A stretch of DNA of 20,040 nt from contig JBBRXO010000053.1 of the NCBI GenBank assembly GCA_038248345.1, forward strand, positions 1-20,040. The letters are read 5' to 3'. The translations under genes were made by a program, and so were the position numbers. Each line of letters starts with the position of its first letter. The first letter of the stretch is position 1. This document shows, piece by piece, positions 16,213 to 20,040 of this stretch. This stretch comes from Armatimonadota bacterium (GTDB taxonomy: Bacteria; Armatimonadota; Hebobacteria; CAIYQO01). Below the pieces are notes generated by a model. It saw only the letters and a program-made list of their open reading frames with translations, was not told the DNA's origin and searched no databases.

Positions 16213-16743
16213 ATGGCAAACATTACTTGCCCGCGCTGCGAAGGGCGAGGTGATATTTCTGTTAAAACGGGCGGGGTGACTAAGTGCTACGCCTGCGGTG
16301 GCACCGGAGAGATCGATGAGATTGATCTGGCCATGGTGAAGAAGTGGAAAGACCCGGAGAAAAAGCCGGTCGTCAAGGTGAAGGACACGGAGGAGAAGAA
16401 ACCCCGTGTGCGTAAGCCCGCTGTATCCCGCTCGAAAAAACCGCCGAAACCAGAAGACACCAGTGGGAAATCAATTTTACACCATGATGCTGCTGATAAT
16501 TACCTCAGCGGCGTCTTGTCCCAGTTGGAAAGTGGCGTTGATGTTAATAGTCGCGACACCGACGGACGTACCCCTCTACATTGGCCCGCACACCGCGGCC
16601 ATCTGGAGGTGGTGAAGGTGCTCATCGCGCATGGGGCCGATGTCAATGCAGCCGACAACAATGGCCGTACGCCGTTGCGTATGGCGCTTATCGGCAATCA
16701 TCAGCCGGTCATCGACTTGTTGAAAGACAAAGGCGCTCTGTAA
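16213..16743 (+). CDS. Ankyrin-repeat protein with N-terminal CxxCxGxG zinc finger
   Basis: CPRCEGRG...CYACGGTG; Lys/Pro-rich linker; ankyrin repeats GVDVNSRD.DGRTPLH..A..GHLEVVKVLI..GADVNA.D..GRTPL. AAGGAG RBS 7 nt before ATG 16213. Confidence 0.88.
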   Translation: MANITCPRCEGRGDISVKTGGVTKCYACGGTGEIDEIDLAMVKKWKDPEKKPVVKVKDTEEKKPRVRKPAVSRSKKPPKPEDTSGKSILHHDAADNYLSGVLSQLESGVDVNSRDTDGRTPLHWPAHRGHLEVVKVLIAHGADVNAADNNGRTPLRMALIGNHQPVIDLLKDKGAL

Positions 16744-16753
16744 AGAATGTCAA

Positions 16754-16799
16754 AACGCGCGCTGGTTCATCAGTGGATGTGACCAGCGCGCGTTGTTTT
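16754..16799. terminator. Likely bidirectional intrinsic terminator
   Basis: 13-bp stem AACGCGCGCTGGT / ACCAGCGCGCGTT with T-rich tails on both strands, between convergent genes. Confidence 0.75.
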
Positions 16800-16817
16800 G
16801 TGTCATCTTTACCTTGG

Positions 16818-19095
16818 CTAGGGGATAAGCGTGACGGCGCCGGTGAGCGCCGTGCCGCACCCGCCGCCTAGCAGCACCTCAACACGGCCACTCTCGACGA
16901 CGAACTGCATCGCCGGGTTCCACACGCCTAACGCCGCTTTGTCCAAGATGAAGTGTACCGTGCGCGTCTCGCCCGGTTGCAGCATGACTTTGTCGAAGGC
17001 TTTCAGCTCCTTAACGCGCCGGGTGATGCTGGATCCGCACCCATGGATATACAGCTGCACGACCTCTGCGCCAGCGCAGGCGCCGCTGTTGGTGACATCC
17101 ACAGCGACGGCTACTGACGCCCCCGCTTCAATTGCCCTCACAGTTGCGGTGGTGTCAATCTGCAGGTTGGCGAAAGTGAAGTTGGTGTAGCTCAACCCAT
17201 AGCCAAAGGGGTAGAGCGCGGTTCCCTCCATATCACGATAGCGGCTGTCGCCCTTGGTTTTATGATTGTAGTAGACGGGCAACTGCGCGCTGGAGCGGGG
17301 GATAGAGATCGACAGCCATCCGCTGGGGTTAATTACGCCAAAAAGTGCCTCTGCGACAGCCGTACCGCCGAACTGCCCCGGATACCAGGCACAAAGCACT
17401 GCCGGACAATGCTCGGCGATCCACGGGATACTATGCGGCCGCCCCTGGATCAATACAACAACCGTAGGGGTGCCCGTGGCCAGCACTGCCTGCAGCAACT
17501 CCTCTTGCACCCCGCCCAGGCACAGGTCAGCTACATCTACCCCTTCGCCGCAATCCATCTCATCTGAATCCGATGACAGGGCGACAGCGCCGTTGTCTTC
17601 AAAGAGGGTGTCAAAGTTGCGCTTACTTGACCCACCCAGGACCACCACTGCGATCCATGTCACGGATACCGCAACCAGTTGCATATCGTATCTGCGCCTG
17701 CGGCAGGAGCGCCTGTATCCCCTGCAGTACCGTCACACCCGCATTCGGCAATTGCGGCGCGCTGTAATCACCCAGTTGGTTGTACAGGTTATCAGCATTG
17801 GGGCCAATGATGGCGATGCGTTGCAGCGTTGGGGATAACGGGAGGGCCGCATTTTCATTGCGGAGCAGCACCAGCGTCTCGCGCGCCAGTTGCAGGCTGC
17901 TTTCCCGCTCCGGGATACTTCCTACTACGCCTACCGCCCGCTCCTCGTCAACAAATGGATTCTCGAATAGCCCCAGCAGGAACTTGAGGCGCAACACACG
18001 TGCCACCGCGCTGTCGATTACCTCAATAGGGCAGCGGCCATCGTTTACCGCCGTCTCCAGTGTGGTAAACGCATCACCCCACAGCCCGAAATCCACCCCG
18101 GCAATGATCGCCTGCGCCGCCACTTTGGATAGCTCTGTTGCGTCGGTAGGCAGTTTATCGATGTCACACTGCAACAGGCAATCGATGCCGTTTCCGTCCG
18201 ACATCACCACGCCGGCAAATCCCCACTCCTCGCGCATCAGGCTGGTCAGCAACCACTTGTTGGCATGGCAGGGGATGCCGTCGATCTCGTTATAGGCGAC
18301 CATGATGCATTGCGCACCAGCGGCGACCCCCGCCTGGACGGGCGGTAAGAAGATCTCGTGGAGTTCGCGGGGGCCAATGGGGGCGGCGCCCGCATTATGC
18401 CCGCCCACGCACCCGCCTTGCGCACAACAATGCTTCAACACGGCCACGATTTTATCAGGATAGCTTAACTCGGCCAGCGTTTCGCCCTGCAGCCCACGGG
18501 TAACCGCTTCCGCCATCCGCTAGGCCAGTACCGGGTCTTCGCTATAGCATTCCTCCGCGCGGCCCCAGCGTGGATCACGTAGAATATCCAGCGCGGATAC
18601 CAGACCGAGGTGCGCCCCCCGGGCGCGGATACTCGCCGCCACACTGGCCGCTGCCGTAGTCAGCAGCGCGGGATTCCAACTGCAGCCGACGCCAATGTTA
18701 GTCGGTAATAACGTTGCGCCCAGCGCCTGATGCCCATGCGGACATTCCTCGGAGAGCAAACCGGGGATGCCGAGACGAGTATGCTCGAGAACGTAGCGCT
18801 GCACGGCATTGGCGGCTTTCGCGCTTAGTTCGGGGGTGATGCCAGTATCGAGGCGTACCTGTGACCAGGGATCAGCGCGAAAAAGGCCATAAAGCCCGCC
18901 CATGCCTTCGCCGCGGGTTACTTCATCTTTGAAGATATCGGTCAATTCAATCGAGTCGCCACTGCGATGGTAAGCATGCCAGCCATAAATCCGTTGATGA
19001 AGCTGGCCGACCTTCTCGCGCAGGGTCATCTGCGCGAGTAAATCAGCAATTCGTTCCTCGATTGGTACGTTAACACTCAACCAGGTCTTCACCAT
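16818..19095 (-). pseudogene. GH3 beta-glucosidase (BglX-like, FnIII C-terminus) with an in-frame TAG and a frameshifting deletion
   Basis: MTLREKVGQL, TRLGIP, EECPHG, RDPRWGR.EE.YSEDP, KH, MVAYNEIDGIPCH, GFAGVVMSDG (nucleophile), AWYPG..GG.AVAE.LFG..NPSG.L, YPFGYGLSYT.F, EVVQLY and ELKAF.KV.L.PGE. Split at TAG 18520-18522 and near 17650. Confidence 0.9.
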
Positions 19096-19146
19096 TCACC
19101 TCGTTTCGATAGGTTATTGAATGGGGCGGGCGGTTAAAGCGCTCTG

Positions 19147-19710
19147 CTATACTTCCATGATCTCTTCGACCTTGGTGTCATGGGCGGCGTCAATTTTACT
19201 GATAAAATCGTCCGTTATCTTCTGAATTTTGTCATGGGCACGCTTTACATCATCTTCGCCCGCCAGTTTCTCTTTTTCCAGCCGTTTCAGGTGTTCAATA
19301 GCATCACGGCGCACGTTGCGCACGGCGATTTTGCCATCTTCCGCCTTTTTGCTCGCCATCCTGGCAAACTCTTTGCGGCGATCTTCGGTGAGGGGCGGCA
19401 ACACCAGGCGGATAACCTGCCCGTCGTTACTGGGATTCAGGCTCAATTCGCTGTTCAGGATGGCCTTGGAGATTGGGTTGAGCATACTCTTATCCCACGG
19501 AGTAATCACCAGCAGGCGCGGCTCCGGGGCGGAGACATTGCCGATCTGGCTCAAGGGCGTGGGGGTGCCGTAATAGTCCACCATGATCCCATCCACCAGC
19601 ATCGGGTTCGCGCGCCCGGTGCGGATATGGCGGAACTCATCCGTGGTAGCGTCCAACGCTCCCTTCATGCGATGATCAGCATCGGCCAGAATTTCAACTA
19701 TAGTTTGCAT
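19147..19710 (-). CDS. frr: Ribosome recycling factor
   Basis: IRTGRANP, VDYYG.PTPL.Q, P..R.L.I.PWDK, LNPSNDG..IR...PPLTE.RRKE, RN.RRDA, IQK.TD and K.EEIMEV; GGAGGTG RBS. Confidence 0.97.
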   Translation of the reverse strand: MQTIVEILADADHRMKGALDATTDEFRHIRTGRANPMLVDGIMVDYYGTPTPLSQIGNVSAPEPRLLVITPWDKSMLNPISKAILNSELSLNPSNDGQVIRLVLPPLTEDRRKEFARMASKKAEDGKIAVRNVRRDAIEHLKRLEKEKLAGEDDVKRAHDKIQKITDDFISKIDAAHDTKVEEIMEV

Positions 19711-20040
19711 GATATGTACACCTCCGGTTGTATTCTGCTTAGTTTATTCTATACGTTGCAGGATATGCCTGCTGAAATTTTCAACAAATAACGGGGAAAC
19801 CTAACGCGGGCATCGCCACAACCCATAGTAATTATCTCTCCTGCGGGTAATCGTGTTATGGCATTCTGCCCCTATGCTTTAATTCACAGGATATAAGGAT
19901 GGTCAGGATAGCAGGTAGATGTATAAACTTCGCCTGATAATACTTCCCGGTTCTTTTATATCTTTATTATCCTTCTACGAAAATAGATTTTGCGGACGCT
20001 TTTCCCATTGGTTTAGCCTAACCCCCAGACCCTTCCCTGC

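Noticed and set aside
18520..18522. Genome-wide TAG reassignment (alternative genetic code)
   Set aside because: frr, the GyrI-like gene, thiE and the GH3 gene itself end at TAG at their expected lengths.
19749..19826. 25-aa minus-strand ORF (MGCGDARVRFPRYLLKISAGISCNV) upstream of frr
   Set aside because: Too short and has no recognisable features; the GGAG upstream is weak support.

Overview
A bacterial accessory region. The gene content, with several URO-D-family/AraC pairs, a COG5322-type reductase and many intergenic palindromes, is reminiscent of Armatimonadota-like environmental bacteria; that assignment is a weak inference. Genes left to right: a partial GyrI-like gene and a small membrane protein; two tandem divergent AraC/URO-D-family modules; a PemK/MazF-type TA pair with a truncated toxin; TspO-like and DUF1003 membrane proteins; a class II CPD photolyase overlapping a second GyrI-like gene; a CapA-family phosphoesterase preceded by a frameshifted paralog remnant; a doubly frameshifted Schlafen/AlbA_2-RecG-C-wHTH gene; an intact DUF1778/GNAT TA operon; an acyl-ACP-reductase-like gene; a ThiE/TenI-family gene; a 5'-truncated gene fragment; a zinc-finger/ankyrin protein; a GH3 beta-glucosidase pseudogene (in-frame TAG plus a microhomology deletion); and frr. 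The strongest non-coding signal is a dense set of REP/REPIN-like palindrome families. One 68-bp pair brackets the TA plus reductase block in inverted orientation, and other copies sit at gene-truncation points. No tRNA, rRNA, CRISPR array or transposase was seen. All family assignments come from motif recognition, not database searches.
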